Source of the DNA: Aliarcobacter sp.
GTDB taxonomy: Bacteria; Campylobacterota; Campylobacteria; Campylobacterales; Arcobacteraceae
NCBI GenBank assembly: GCA_028689025.1
Contig: JAQTXA010000016.1
Location: forward strand, 84-64,083
Direction of reading: 5' to 3'
Length of the DNA: 64,000 nt
Below the pieces are notes generated by a model. That model was not told the DNA's origin. It did no database searches and saw only the letters and a list, made by a program, of their open reading frames with translations. The position numbers were made by a program, and so were the translations under genes. Positions 20,543 to 31,076 of the stretch are shown here, one piece after another (position 1 is the stretch's first letter; each line of letters opens with the position of its first letter).

Positions 20543-21276
20543 TATTTGCCTTTATTTGTTAAAAAATCTTCTATAAATTCATCTTTTGAGTTCAAAGCTT
20601 GAGTTATATTTCCATCAAAGATTATCTTTTGTTTTAATATTATAAATCTATCTAAAACTGTTTTTATAGTCTCTAAATCGTGGGTTATAACAATAATCGT
20701 AATATTTAGCATATCTCTTAAATTTATTATTAGCTCATTTATTTTTTGAGTACTTGAAGGATCCAAACCACTTGTTGGCTCATCCAAAAACAAAATCTTT
20801 GGTTGCATTGCAAGACTTCGTGCTAGGGCAACTCTTTTTTTCATTCCTCCACTTAATTGAGAAGGGTACAATAAAGCACAATTTTTAGGAAGTCCTACAA
20901 TTTCCAGATTTGTATAAGCAATTTTTTCTATTAAATCTTTTGGTAAATCTGTGTATTCTTTTAACATAACAGAGATATTTTCAATTACATTTAAAAAAGA
21001 GTATAAAGCCCCAAACTGAAAAAGATAAGAGAACTGTTGTTTTAAATCCTGACTCTCTTTTAAATTCAAAGTCGAAATATCTTTTTCCAATATTTCAATA
21101 TTTCCCTTTTGAATTGGGTCTAACATTACCATCTGTTTTACAAGTGTTGTTTTTCCTGAACCACTTCCACCTAAGATTCCAAATATCTCTTTTTCATTTA
21201 TAGAAAAGGAAATATCTTTATGGACTATGTTTTCTCCAAAGATTGTTGATAAGTTAGTTACTTTTATTATTTCCAT
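20542..21276 (-). CDS. mlaF: MlaF-like ABC ATPase
   Basis: GGSGSGKTT, FQFGAL, LSGGMKKR and DEPTSGLDP. Confidence 0.88.
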   Translation of the reverse strand: MEIIKVTNLSTIFGENIVHKDISFSINEKEIFGILGGSGSGKTTLVKQMVMLDPIQKGNIEILEKDISTLNLKESQDLKQQFSYLFQFGALYSFLNVIENISVMLKEYTDLPKDLIEKIAYTNLEIVGLPKNCALLYPSQLSGGMKKRVALARSLAMQPKILFLDEPTSGLDPSSTQKINELIINLRDMLNITIIVITHDLETIKTVLDRFIILKQKIIFDGNITQALNSKDEFIEDFLTNKGK

Positions 21277-22388
21277 TATATTCCAATTTGAGTCAGAATC
21301 ACTGAGAATATAGCATTTAAAGCAATAACTACAAAGATAGCATTTACAACACTAATTGTTGTATATTTTCCTATACTTGTAGTATTGTTCTGTACTTGAA
21401 ATCCTCTATAACAGCCTATCATTGCAATTGCAATTCCAAAAAAAACAGATTTTCCAACTCCAATTAAAAGGTGTTTTAAGGGAACTTCTTGTCCCATTCT
21501 ATTTATAAATTGAACAAAAGTTATATCCAAATCAGTAAAAGCTATAACCATTCCTCCAAATATTCCAATCATATCTGCAAAAAATACTAAAAGAGGCAAA
21601 GAGATAAGTAAAGCAAAAATTCTTGGTAATACCAAAAATGTTATTGGCTCAAAATCCATAGTTCTCATGGCATCTATTTCATCTGTAATTTTCATAGCTC
21701 CAATTTCAGCTGTGTATGAACTGGCACTTCGTCCAGCAATTACAATGGCAGTTACCAAAGGAGCAATTTCTCTAAACATTGTAATTGAAATCATTTCAAC
21801 TATAAAAATATTTGCCCCAAATTTTTCAAGCTGAACAGCCCCTTGATAAGCAATTACAACTCCCACCAAAAAAGAGGTAACTCCCACAATAAAAAGGGCA
21901 TTTACAGCAGAGGTATCAATATATTTGAACATCGCTTTTAATCTTATTTTACTTGGATTAAAAAGTGAATATACAAAATAATAAAAAACTTTTCCCACAA
22001 AATTTATAAAATCAACACCAGTTAAATAAAGCTCATAGGTTTTTTTACCTATATCTTCTATAATACTTTTTTGTTCTTTTGTTTCAATGGTATTGTCTTG
22101 GTAATGTTTTTCATAAAATCTATAAATCTCCTCAAATGAGTTTAGATTTTTTAGTGTTAAATTTTCTTCTTGAAAAGTCTTAAAAAATGAAATTAGATAG
22201 ATAATTGCTGAGTTATCCCACTCTTTTAGGTTTTGAAAATTTACAATTAATTTTGAGTTTTTTTGTATGTTTGTTTTATTTAAGGCTTGGATATTTTTAT
22301 TAAGAGTTTTTTTATTCCAAATATTTAGCAATATTAGTTCAATAGTATTATCATCTAACTCTTTTATTTCAAAATCATAATCTTTCAT
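21276..22388 (-). CDS. mlaE: MlaE-family permease with N-terminal STAS-like domain
   Basis: REIAPL.TAIVIAGR.AS...AEIGAM..TDEIDA motif; AAAGGA SD supports ATG 22388. Confidence 0.88.
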   Translation of the reverse strand: MKDYDFEIKELDDNTIELILLNIWNKKTLNKNIQALNKTNIQKNSKLIVNFQNLKEWDNSAIIYLISFFKTFQEENLTLKNLNSFEEIYRFYEKHYQDNTIETKEQKSIIEDIGKKTYELYLTGVDFINFVGKVFYYFVYSLFNPSKIRLKAMFKYIDTSAVNALFIVGVTSFLVGVVIAYQGAVQLEKFGANIFIVEMISITMFREIAPLVTAIVIAGRSASSYTAEIGAMKITDEIDAMRTMDFEPITFLVLPRIFALLISLPLLVFFADMIGIFGGMVIAFTDLDITFVQFINRMGQEVPLKHLLIGVGKSVFFGIAIAMIGCYRGFQVQNNTTSIGKYTTISVVNAIFVVIALNAIFSVILTQIGI

Positions 22389-22511
22389 AAAACTATATAT
22401 CCTTTCAATAAAACTGACTTTACATATTAGCCTAGATTTTAGCACACAGTTTGTCTCAACTTCATTAAAAAACAATAATCAAGAGGGTATAAAAATTGCA
22501 TATAAGAAACC

Positions 22512-23075
22512 ATGGATGAAAATTACAAATTAGAAAATTATGAGCGTTTCTTCGGTGAGTTCAGAGAACATGGTGCCCATTGGGATAAAATAGAAAAAAG
22601 AACGGCAACACTATTTCAAGTACTAATTGATGGGGATTTAAAAGAGTTAGTTTTTGTTTTAAAATATTATCCAAAATATATCGAAATAGTATGTGACCAC
22701 TTTAGATATTTATATAACTATTCAGCTCAAGAGGCTGATATATTCGCAGCTTCAAAACTTTTGCAGTTGAGTGAAGGTTATCATCAAAAGCAGTTTGTGA
22801 GAAATCTCTTGCGAAAACTGAGCAAAATCGATGAGTTTAATATATCGGAGTTAAATACATTTTTAAATGATTTGTTAAAAGACCAAGAACGACTGCACCC
22901 TATAATTTTGAGTTATTACAAAAGTCAGATTGAAAAAAATATTGAAGAAAACAACTATCATAAACTGCAAGTTAAGGTTATTGAAAAAAACCTAATAAAA
23001 CTTCCAGTAAATAGTGAGTTTGATTTTAGTGCAAATGATAGAGATGCAAATTTAGATATTCCATATATGGATTAA
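22512..23075 (+). CDS. Hypothetical protein (187 aa, soluble, helical)
   Basis: Long ORF with host-like codon usage; no motif recognised. Confidence 0.75.
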   Translation: MDENYKLENYERFFGEFREHGAHWDKIEKRTATLFQVLIDGDLKELVFVLKYYPKYIEIVCDHFRYLYNYSAQEADIFAASKLLQLSEGYHQKQFVRNLLRKLSKIDEFNISELNTFLNDLLKDQERLHPIILSYYKSQIEKNIEENNYHKLQVKVIEKNLIKLPVNSEFDFSANDRDANLDIPYMD

Positions 23076-23084
23076 GGAGAAAGA

Positions 23085-23441
23085 ATGGATTTTTTTAAAA
23101 AAGCTTACAATTGGGCATTAAGCCACAACTTTGAACCAATTGAAGTTGAATACGCTTCAAAATTGGCTTTAAAAATGTTAGATGATAGTTGTCAAATGGA
23201 TTCCCATGATAGAGAAGTTTTTTTCAATGTTTATGATGCTATTTGTGATAGAGCTGATATTAGTTTAGAGGATGATGTAAACAAACTAATCATTCTAGCA
23301 AGGGATAGAAATACAATCTATGCAAAACCAGAATTTGCAAATATTGTTCATGCTTGTAAAGAGGAGATTATCCCAAGTATGTTAAGAATTCACATGAAAG
23401 CTTTCAAAGCAATGGTTAGAAAAAATCTTGATATGAATTAA
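23085..23441 (+). CDS. Hypothetical protein (118 aa)
   Basis: Strong AAGGAG SD, 9 nt after the previous stop. Confidence 0.8.
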   Translation: MDFFKKAYNWALSHNFEPIEVEYASKLALKMLDDSCQMDSHDREVFFNVYDAICDRADISLEDDVNKLIILARDRNTIYAKPEFANIVHACKEEIIPSMLRIHMKAFKAMVRKNLDMN

Positions 23442-23453
23442 ATTCATATCAAG

Positions 23454-24710
23454 TCAATAGTTTTTAGCTTTAACACTATCTTTTCCATGAAATTCTTTAG
23501 CATTTGCATTAGATACTACAAGTTTTGCTATGTCATCAGTTAGAATTGCAACATCATGGGTTTCAGATGCAATACTTGCATTTTCTTGTGTTTGTTGGTC
23601 AATACTATTTATCGCATCATTGATTTGTTCAATTCCAAGTAATTGTTCTTTACTTGACATCTCTATATCTTCTATTAGGTTTATTGTTTGTGAAATATTT
23701 TCATTTAATTGTTTATAACCACTTATCATATTAGTAGCTATATCTTTACCTTGATTTGCTTTTGAAGTTGCATTTTCAACTATTATCTTTATCTCTTTAG
23801 CAGCTTCTGCACTTCGTGAAGCTAGATTTCGCACTTCTGCAGCAACAACTGCAAATCCTTTTCCTGCTTCTCCAGCAGTTGCCGCTTCAACGGCTGCATT
23901 TAGTGAAAGAATATTTGTTTGAAATGCAATTTGGTCAATAATTGAAATTGCATCATTAATTAAGTTTACCTCTGTATTTATCTCATCCATTGCAACTGTT
24001 GTTTGATTAGCTAGTTTTTCACCATTTAAAACAGATTTTGTTACATCGTTTGAAAAAGTTGCCATCTTTGCAATTGTTTCTGTATTATTTCTAATATTTG
24101 AAGTTATCTCTTCAATAGCAGCAGCTGTCTCTTCGAGTCTTGATGCTGCTTCATTTGAGCTTATATTTAATTTATCTACATTTTCAAGTAATATATTTGA
24201 ACTTATATCCAAAGTTAATCCATTTGATTTATTTTCTATAAGCATAACTGTTATATTTTCTTGAAGAATATTTATTCTTTCAAATAAAGAATTAAAATCA
24301 CCGAAAACATTTCTAGTATCAAGTTTATTTAAATAGTTATATTTGCTATATTCATCTAAAATTTTTAGCATATTATCAATATTAGTTTTCATTGTGTAAT
24401 TTAAATTATTAATAACACTTGCTATGTAATTCAATTTTACATTTGAAGTCTTAATATTGAAAATTCTATCATCAAAATCGCCTTTCATCATTTTCTCAGA
24501 AACAAGCATTATTTCACCATAGATTTGTAATTCATCATCATTTCTTTTATTTAAAATATCTATAATTAAATCTAATCTTTTTTTAACTTCTTTGTTCTTC
24601 CCTGATGATTCAAAATCATTTTGATCTATAATATTCGTTTTATTATTTAAATAGTCAATGATATTATCTAAACTATTAATGATTTTTTTATCTGATTTAT
24701 TAAAAAACAT
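23454..24710 (-). CDS. Soluble methyl-accepting chemotaxis protein
   Basis: [37 protein letters not shown] hairpin tip; no hydrophobic TM stretch. Confidence 0.92.
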   Translation of the reverse strand: MFFNKSDKKIINSLDNIIDYLNNKTNIIDQNDFESSGKNKEVKKRLDLIIDILNKRNDDELQIYGEIMLVSEKMMKGDFDDRIFNIKTSNVKLNYIASVINNLNYTMKTNIDNMLKILDEYSKYNYLNKLDTRNVFGDFNSLFERINILQENITVMLIENKSNGLTLDISSNILLENVDKLNISSNEAASRLEETAAAIEEITSNIRNNTETIAKMATFSNDVTKSVLNGEKLANQTTVAMDEINTEVNLINDAISIIDQIAFQTNILSLNAAVEAATAGEAGKGFAVVAAEVRNLASRSAEAAKEIKIIVENATSKANQGKDIATNMISGYKQLNENISQTINLIEDIEMSSKEQLLGIEQINDAINSIDQQTQENASIASETHDVAILTDDIAKLVVSNANAKEFHGKDSVKAKNY

Positions 24711-24718
24711 ACTTATAC

Positions 24719-25102
24719 CTACGCAAGCGTTGAATAGAGTTTAATCGCATCAGCTATCTCTTCATTTGTGGGTTTTACTCTAACAGAGATATATCTTAAC
24801 TCACCCATTGAAGTTTTAGAAGCATATGCAGTTGCATTAACCCAATAATATCCTCCATTTTTTGTTTTATTTTTTACTGTACCTTTCCAAATCTTTCCAC
24901 TTTGTATAGTTTCCCATAAATCTGCAAATGCAGCTTTTGGCATATCGGGATGCCTTACTTTATTATGAGATTGTTCTACTAATTCATTCAACGAATAACC
25001 AGCAATTTTACAAAAGTCTTCATTTGCAAATTTAATAATACCTTTTGCATCTGTTTCTGTAACGATAATCATCTCTTCAGGCATTTTTATTTCTTGTTCC
25101 AT
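24719..25102 (-). CDS. Stand-alone PAS protein (Aer/CetB-like, probably FAD-binding)
   Basis: [23 protein letters not shown] and KN....YYWV motifs. Confidence 0.88.
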   Translation of the reverse strand: MEQEIKMPEEMIIVTETDAKGIIKFANEDFCKIAGYSLNELVEQSHNKVRHPDMPKAAFADLWETIQSGKIWKGTVKNKTKNGGYYWVNATAYASKTSMGELRYISVRVKPTNEEIADAIKLYSTLA

Positions 25103-25328
25103 TAATTAAATCCTTGTGTATATTAAATGTGTTTGTCTTGTCTTGTTTTTTTGCATTAAAATATTATTTAATAAATTATTAAATATATTTTACAGCATAA
25201 GAAGATTTAATTATTAAATCTATTATTCCAAGAATGGTCGATATTATCAGATAAGTTTAAATGGATAATATCAATTAAATTCAATATAATTTTTATCAAA
25301 AAAAATTATTTAAATATATTTGTGCGCA

Positions 25329-25363
25329 ATTATACCAACTTAAATGACTCATAAATGACTCAT
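25329..25363 (-). promoter_or_regulatory. Extended -10 promoter with an 11-bp tandem repeat in place of the -35
   Basis: Minus strand reads ATGAGTCATTT x2 - AAGT - TGGTATAAT. Confidence 0.55.
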
Positions 25364-25546
25364 TTTAGAAAATAAGTTGGAAAGGTGTATATTTTATTCT
25401 TTTATACATATAAGACCCAACATAAAGGATTCTCAATTACTTAAAAATAGTAACAAAATTATCTATCTATTCCTTTATATGTTTATTACAGATTTATTCT
25501 TATTGTAATATACTGCTTTTTATTCAATCCTATATAAAGGAACTTT

Positions 25547-26503
25547 GTGAAAAAACTCTTCTTATTTTTACCCCTTTGTCTTATCTATTTTACTGGTTGT
25601 TATCAAGAGAAAAAAGAGACTAAATTTTATGGAAATGTTGATGTTAGAACTGTTTCTTTAGCTTTTAGAGTTTCAGGAAGATTAGAAACATTAAACTTTG
25701 ATGAGGGACAAAAACTAAAAAAAGGTGATGTAATTGCCACAATTGAAAACTCTATTTTTAAAGAAAATCTAAACCAAATAAATGCTCAAATAAATCTTCA
25801 AGAGATTCAAATACAAAAACTTGAAAAAGGTTACAGAATCGAAGAGATAGAAAAATCAAAAGCTAAACTCTCTGAAGTAAAAGCAAACCTAGATAGAGTA
25901 AATAAAGATTTCCAAAGAGCCCAAACACTTTTAAAAAGTAACTCTATTTCAGAACAATCTTATGATAATACAAAATCACAAGCTTTGGATTTACAAGCCC
26001 AATATGATTATGCAAAAAGCTCTTTAGAACTACTTCAAAATGGTTATGAAAAAGAGGATATTTTAAGCGCAAAAGCTACACTTGATTCCCTAAAAGCTCA
26101 AAGAAATATTTTACAAATAAATTATGATGATACGGTTTTATATTCGCCAGTTGATGGAACAATAATCACAAAAGTATATGAAGCAGGCTCAATTGTAAAC
26201 AGTTCTCAAACTATTGTAGAGATTGCAAAAAGTGATGAATTTTGGGTAAGAAGTTATTTAAGCGAAAAATATTTAGGTGTTATAAAAGCAGGAATGAAAG
26301 CTGTAATTTCAACAGATGGAAATAAAACCTATGAAGGAGTTGTGAGTTTCATCTCTCCACTTGCAGAATTTACACCAAAAACTGTACAAACAGAAGATTT
26401 ACGAACTGATTTGGTTTATAGATTTAGAATTATTGTAAATAATGTTGATGATAATCTAAAACAAGGAATGCCAGTAACCATCACTTTCCCACAAATCAAC
26501 TAA
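25547..26503 (+). CDS. HlyD-family membrane fusion protein (YbhG-like)
   Basis: YGNVDVR, LAFRVSGR, SPVDG and AEFTPKTVQTEDLRTDLVYR. Confidence 0.9.
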   Translation: MKKLFLFLPLCLIYFTGCYQEKKETKFYGNVDVRTVSLAFRVSGRLETLNFDEGQKLKKGDVIATIENSIFKENLNQINAQINLQEIQIQKLEKGYRIEEIEKSKAKLSEVKANLDRVNKDFQRAQTLLKSNSISEQSYDNTKSQALDLQAQYDYAKSSLELLQNGYEKEDILSAKATLDSLKAQRNILQINYDDTVLYSPVDGTIITKVYEAGSIVNSSQTIVEIAKSDEFWVRSYLSEKYLGVIKAGMKAVISTDGNKTYEGVVSFISPLAEFTPKTVQTEDLRTDLVYRFRIIVNNVDDNLKQGMPVTITFPQIN

Positions 26504-26504
26504 T

Positions 26505-28199
26505 ATGTCAATACTTACAATAAAAAATCTCTCAAAAAGTTTTGAAAAACAAAAGGCCTTAAATAACATATCTTTTGAAATAAAACCAAATAAAATCACA
26601 GGAATTGTTGGCCCCGATGGTGCAGGAAAAACTACACTTTTGCGAATACTAAGTGGGCTTTTAACCTATGAAGCAAAAGATATAGAGATTTTAGATTTAG
26701 ATTTACAAACAAATATCCATATTATTCAAGAACAAATAGGTTATATGCCTCAAAAGTTTGGATTATATGAAGATTTAAGTGTGGAAGAAAACTTGCGATT
26801 ATTTGCTGATTTACAATCAATTCCTTTAGATAATCTTCAAAATAGAATAGATGAACTTTTACATTTTACTTCCCTTTTTAACTTCAAAGATTTTCTTGCA
26901 AAAAACTTGTCTGGTGGAATGAAACAAAAACTAGGACTTGCAAGTGCGTTGATTAAAAAACCAAAACTTCTACTTCTTGATGAACCAGGAGTTGGAGTTG
27001 ACCCCATTTCAAGAAAAGAGCTTTGGAGTATGGTTGAGAATCTTACAAAAGAGAATGTAACGGTTTTATGGAGTACAGCTTATCTTGATGAAGCTGAACT
27101 TTGTGATGAAGTTTTACTTTTAAATGAGGGAGATATTCTTTTTTTTGGTAATCCAGATATTTTAAAAGATGGTATGAAAGATAGAGTTTTTGACATAGTT
27201 GGAGATATAAAAGACAAAAGAGAGACTTTACAATTAGCCCTTGGATATGACTATATAAAAGATGCTTTGATTTTAGGAAATAGTATAAAAGTCATTTGTG
27301 ATGAATCACTAAAGTTACCAGAACTAAAAGATATAAAAGCTTCAAATTGTGTGTATAAAAAAGCAATTCCTACTTTTGAAGATGGTTTTATGAATATTCT
27401 AAAAGCCAATTTTGATGGTATTTCAAAACTAGCAGAACAAATAGAGTTTATAAAAACGACCGAAGAAACTGTAATCAAAGTTAAAAATCTCACCAAAAAG
27501 TTTGGTAATTTTATTGCCACTGAAAATATTAATTTTGAGATAAAAAAAGGACAAATATTTGGACTTCTTGGGCCAAATGGAGCTGGAAAATCTACAACTT
27601 TTAAAATGCTTTGTGGATTAGTAAAACCCTCAAGTGGAGAAGCAAGTGTTTTGGGTTATAACTTTATGAACTCCTCTTTAAAAGCTAGATGGAGAATTGG
27701 TTATATGTCACAGAAGTTTTCACTTTATGGTGATGTTAGTGTTTTTGAGAATCTAAAATTTTATGCTGGAATTTATGGATTAAGATTTAAAAAAAGAGAT
27801 GAAAAAATATCTAATATGTTAGAGATTTTTGATTTAAATAAATTTAAAAACACCCAAGCTAAAGATTTACCTTTAGGATATAAACAACGATTAGCCCTAG
27901 CTTGTGCTGTTATGCACGACCCTGCTGTGCTTTTTTTGGATGAACCCACAAGTGGAGTTGACCCAATCACAAGAAGAGAGTTTTGGAATCATATTTACGC
28001 AATGGTGCAAAAAGGAATGACAATCATGGTTACCACTCACTTTATGCAAGAAGCAGAATATTGTGACCAAATAGCTTTGATTTATAAAGGAAAAGCCATT
28101 GCCATTGATTCACCCCATGAATTAATCCTAAAAGTCTCACCAAATGCAACTATGCAAGAAGCATTTATCGAACTTATAAAAAGAAGTGACAATGTTTAA
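26505..28199 (+). CDS. Dual-domain ABC ATPase (YbhF-like)
   Basis: Two Walker A motifs (GPDGAGKTT, GPNGAGKST) and YMPQKFGLY / YMSQKFSLY. Confidence 0.9.
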   Translation: MSILTIKNLSKSFEKQKALNNISFEIKPNKITGIVGPDGAGKTTLLRILSGLLTYEAKDIEILDLDLQTNIHIIQEQIGYMPQKFGLYEDLSVEENLRLFADLQSIPLDNLQNRIDELLHFTSLFNFKDFLAKNLSGGMKQKLGLASALIKKPKLLLLDEPGVGVDPISRKELWSMVENLTKENVTVLWSTAYLDEAELCDEVLLLNEGDILFFGNPDILKDGMKDRVFDIVGDIKDKRETLQLALGYDYIKDALILGNSIKVICDESLKLPELKDIKASNCVYKKAIPTFEDGFMNILKANFDGISKLAEQIEFIKTTEETVIKVKNLTKKFGNFIATENINFEIKKGQIFGLLGPNGAGKSTTFKMLCGLVKPSSGEASVLGYNFMNSSLKARWRIGYMSQKFSLYGDVSVFENLKFYAGIYGLRFKKRDEKISNMLEIFDLNKFKNTQAKDLPLGYKQRLALACAVMHDPAVLFLDEPTSGVDPITRREFWNHIYAMVQKGMTIMVTTHFMQEAEYCDQIALIYKGKAIAIDSPHELILKVSPNATMQEAFIELIKRSDNV

Positions 28200-29304
28200 A
28201 TTTAGAAGATTCAAAGCTTTGTTTATAAAAGAGAGTTACCAAATCATAAGAGATCCAAGCTCAATATTAATAGCTGTGGTTTTACCTTTGATTTTACTTT
28301 TTTTAATGGGATATGCAATTTCACTTGACTCAAAAAATATTCCTGTTGGAATTGTAGTTGAGAAATCTTCTAAATATACCCTAAGTCTTTTAGATGCTTT
28401 TAGAATGTCACAAAGTTTTAATGTGCAAGTTGGAAATAATCGAATGGATTTTGAAACAAAACTTCAAGAAGGAACCATTCGAGCGATAATTGTAATTCCC
28501 TCAACTTTTGCAGAAGATTTACAAACCAAAAGCAGTAAAATCCAAGTCCTAGCCGATGGAAGTGAACCAAACATTGCAGGTTTTGTTCAAAAATATACAA
28601 ATGGCGTTTGGAGTAACTGGCTTATTCAAGAGGGTTTTGATAAAAAATCTACAAGCTCATCTTTGGATATTCAAACAAGATATTGGTTTAATGCTCCACT
28701 TCTTAGCTCTTATTTTTTATTACCAGGTTCTATTGCTATTATCTTAACTCTAATTGGTACACTTTTAACGGCTTTAGTGGTTGCTAGAGAGTGGGAAAGA
28801 GGAACTATGGAAGCCATAATGTCCACTCCAATCACAATTAGCGAGCTACTTTTAGGAAAGATTTTACCCTACTTTGTACTTGCTATGATTTCAATGTTTA
28901 TATGTGTTTGTATTGCTATATTTTGGTTTGAGATACCATTTAGAGGTTCTGTTTTTTTACTTATTTTTACCTCAGCTTTGTATTTAATTCCTGCCCTTGG
29001 ACTTGGACTTTTGATTTCAACACTAGCAAAAAATCAGTTTGTGGCAGCTCAAGCTGCACTAATTGTTGGATTTTTACCTGCATTTTTATTATCTGGTTTT
29101 ATCTTTCAAATTAGCAGTATGCCTTTGTGGCTTCAATATTTAACCCACATTATTCCAGCAAGATATTTTATAGAAATCCTACAATGTATCTTTTTAAGTG
29201 GCGATATTTACGAAGTTATACTTCCAAATGTAATAGCCATGTTAATAGTTGGAGCTGTTATATTTTCTATAATATTTAAAATCACAAGAAAAAGGTTGGA
29301 TTGA
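28192..29304 (+). CDS. ABC-2 permease (YbhS-like)
   Basis: KESYQIIRDP and AREWERGTME motifs. Confidence 0.88.
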   Translation: MFKFRRFKALFIKESYQIIRDPSSILIAVVLPLILLFLMGYAISLDSKNIPVGIVVEKSSKYTLSLLDAFRMSQSFNVQVGNNRMDFETKLQEGTIRAIIVIPSTFAEDLQTKSSKIQVLADGSEPNIAGFVQKYTNGVWSNWLIQEGFDKKSTSSSLDIQTRYWFNAPLLSSYFLLPGSIAIILTLIGTLLTALVVAREWERGTMEAIMSTPITISELLLGKILPYFVLAMISMFICVCIAIFWFEIPFRGSVFLLIFTSALYLIPALGLGLLISTLAKNQFVAAQAALIVGFLPAFLLSGFIFQISSMPLWLQYLTHIIPARYFIEILQCIFLSGDIYEVILPNVIAMLIVGAVIFSIIFKITRKRLD

Positions 29305-30398
29305 TGGTTTGGATTTTTCAATTATTAGCTTTGATGAAAAAAGAATTTTTAGCCATTTGGAGTGATAAAAAATCAAGAACGATTGTTATCATCCCACCTT
29401 TGATGCAACTTTTACTTTTTTCATTTGCTGTTACCCTTGAAGTAAAAAATATTAATATTGCCATTCTTGATAGGGACAACAGTGTAAAAAGCCAAGAGAT
29501 AATAAGAAATCTAAACTACAGCACAACCTTTACAAATATCTACAGATTAGAAAGTGAAGAACAGCTTCAAGAGTATATTGACACTCAGAAAGTTATCTTA
29601 GCTATTTATATTCCACAAAACTTTGCTCAAAAAATAGCAAAAAATGAAGATGTATCAATTCAAATCATAGGCGATGGAAGAAAATCAAACAGCGCTCAAA
29701 TAGCCCAAAGTTATGTGCAATTAGCTATTTCAAAAGTAGTAAACAACCAAACAATTGCAAACACAATAATAAACCGAAATTTATACAATCCAAACCTCGA
29801 CAACTTTTGGTGGATACTTCCAAATCTAATGGGAAGTTTATCTATGTTAATCGCTCTATTATTAACAGCTTTATCAGTTGCACGAGAGAGGGAACTAGGA
29901 ACTTTTGAGCAACTTTTAGTTTCACCTCTCTCTTCAACTATTTTAATAATTGGAAAAACAATCCCACCTCTTTTGATAAGTATGGCAGAAGCAAGTGTAA
30001 TATTTTTTGTGGCTATTTTCTTTTTTAATGTTCCCTTTGTTGGTTCAATATTAATTTTATATTTAGGATTATTAGCTTTTTTATTCTCAATAGTTGGACT
30101 TGGACTTTTTATCTCTTCAATCTCATCAACCCAACAACAAGGAATCTTAGGAGCATTTGTACTGATGGTTCCATATATTTTGATGTCAGGTTTTGCAACA
30201 CCAGTTGAAAATATGCCCCAATGGTTAATACCCGTTACAGATATTATCTCGTTAAAATATTTCTTGATTTTGTTAAAAGGTGTTTTCCTAAAAGATATAA
30301 GTTTTGATATGGCTATTTCGCTAATAGTGCCAATGTTAGCTTTAGGTTTTATATCTTTGTTTTTTGCTTCGTGGATGTTTAGGAAAAAAATTCAATAA
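29304..30398 (+). CDS. ABC-2 permease (YbhR-like)
   Basis: ARERELGTFEQLLVSP and SGFATPVENMP motifs. Confidence 0.88.
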   Translation: MVWIFQLLALMKKEFLAIWSDKKSRTIVIIPPLMQLLLFSFAVTLEVKNINIAILDRDNSVKSQEIIRNLNYSTTFTNIYRLESEEQLQEYIDTQKVILAIYIPQNFAQKIAKNEDVSIQIIGDGRKSNSAQIAQSYVQLAISKVVNNQTIANTIINRNLYNPNLDNFWWILPNLMGSLSMLIALLLTALSVARERELGTFEQLLVSPLSSTILIIGKTIPPLLISMAEASVIFFVAIFFFNVPFVGSILILYLGLLAFLFSIVGLGLFISSISSTQQQGILGAFVLMVPYILMSGFATPVENMPQWLIPVTDIISLKYFLILLKGVFLKDISFDMAISLIVPMLALGFISLFFASWMFRKKIQ

Positions 30399-30554
30399 CT
30401 TTAATAAAAAAAAGAATTAATATTGTTCAAAATCCCTTTTCATTACAACTAACAATTTCATCTCTTACCACCCATTTAATAAACTTTTGATACAATCTGC
30501 ACTTATTAAAAAACAAAAAATTGAACAAATTTTATAAACAAAAAGGAAATTACA

Positions 30555-31070
30555 ATGCCATTATTAGATAGCTTTAAAGTTGACCACACTATTATGCCAG
30601 CACCTGCAGTTAGAGTTGCAAAAACTATGAAATCACCATCGGGAGATATTATCACTGTTTTTGATTTAAGATTTTGTGTACCAAATCAATCAATGATGAG
30701 TGAAAAAGGTATCCACACTTTAGAACACCTTTTTGCGGGATTCATCAGAAATCACCTAAATTCGCCAACAGTAGAAATTATCGATGTTTCACCAATGGGT
30801 TGTAGAACTGGTTTTTATATGAGTTTACTTGGAAATCCAGATGAAAAAACTGTAGGAGCTGCGTGGAGAGCGGCTATGGAAGATGTACTTGCTGTTGAAA
30901 AACAAGATGATATTCCAGAATTAAATATTTTCCAATGTGGAACTTGTGCTATGCATTCACTTGAAGAAGCAAAAGAAATAGCTCGTGATATTTTAAAATC
31001 TGACATTGGTGTTATGTCAAATGAAGAGTTATACCTTTCAGATGAAAAACTTAACTCTTTAGGAAACTAA
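30555..31070 (+). CDS. luxS: S-ribosylhomocysteine lyase
   Basis: [20 protein letters not shown] and [10 protein letters not shown]. Confidence 0.98.
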   Translation: MPLLDSFKVDHTIMPAPAVRVAKTMKSPSGDIITVFDLRFCVPNQSMMSEKGIHTLEHLFAGFIRNHLNSPTVEIIDVSPMGCRTGFYMSLLGNPDEKTVGAAWRAAMEDVLAVEKQDDIPELNIFQCGTCAMHSLEEAKEIARDILKSDIGVMSNEELYLSDEKLNSLGN

Positions 31071-31076
31071 TTCAAA

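Noticed and set aside
24711-24721. PAS-MCP fusion by read-through or frameshift
   Set aside because: Two stops (TAG, TAA) follow the PAS ORF in its frame, there is no slippery site, and the MCP has its own SD-like AGGT
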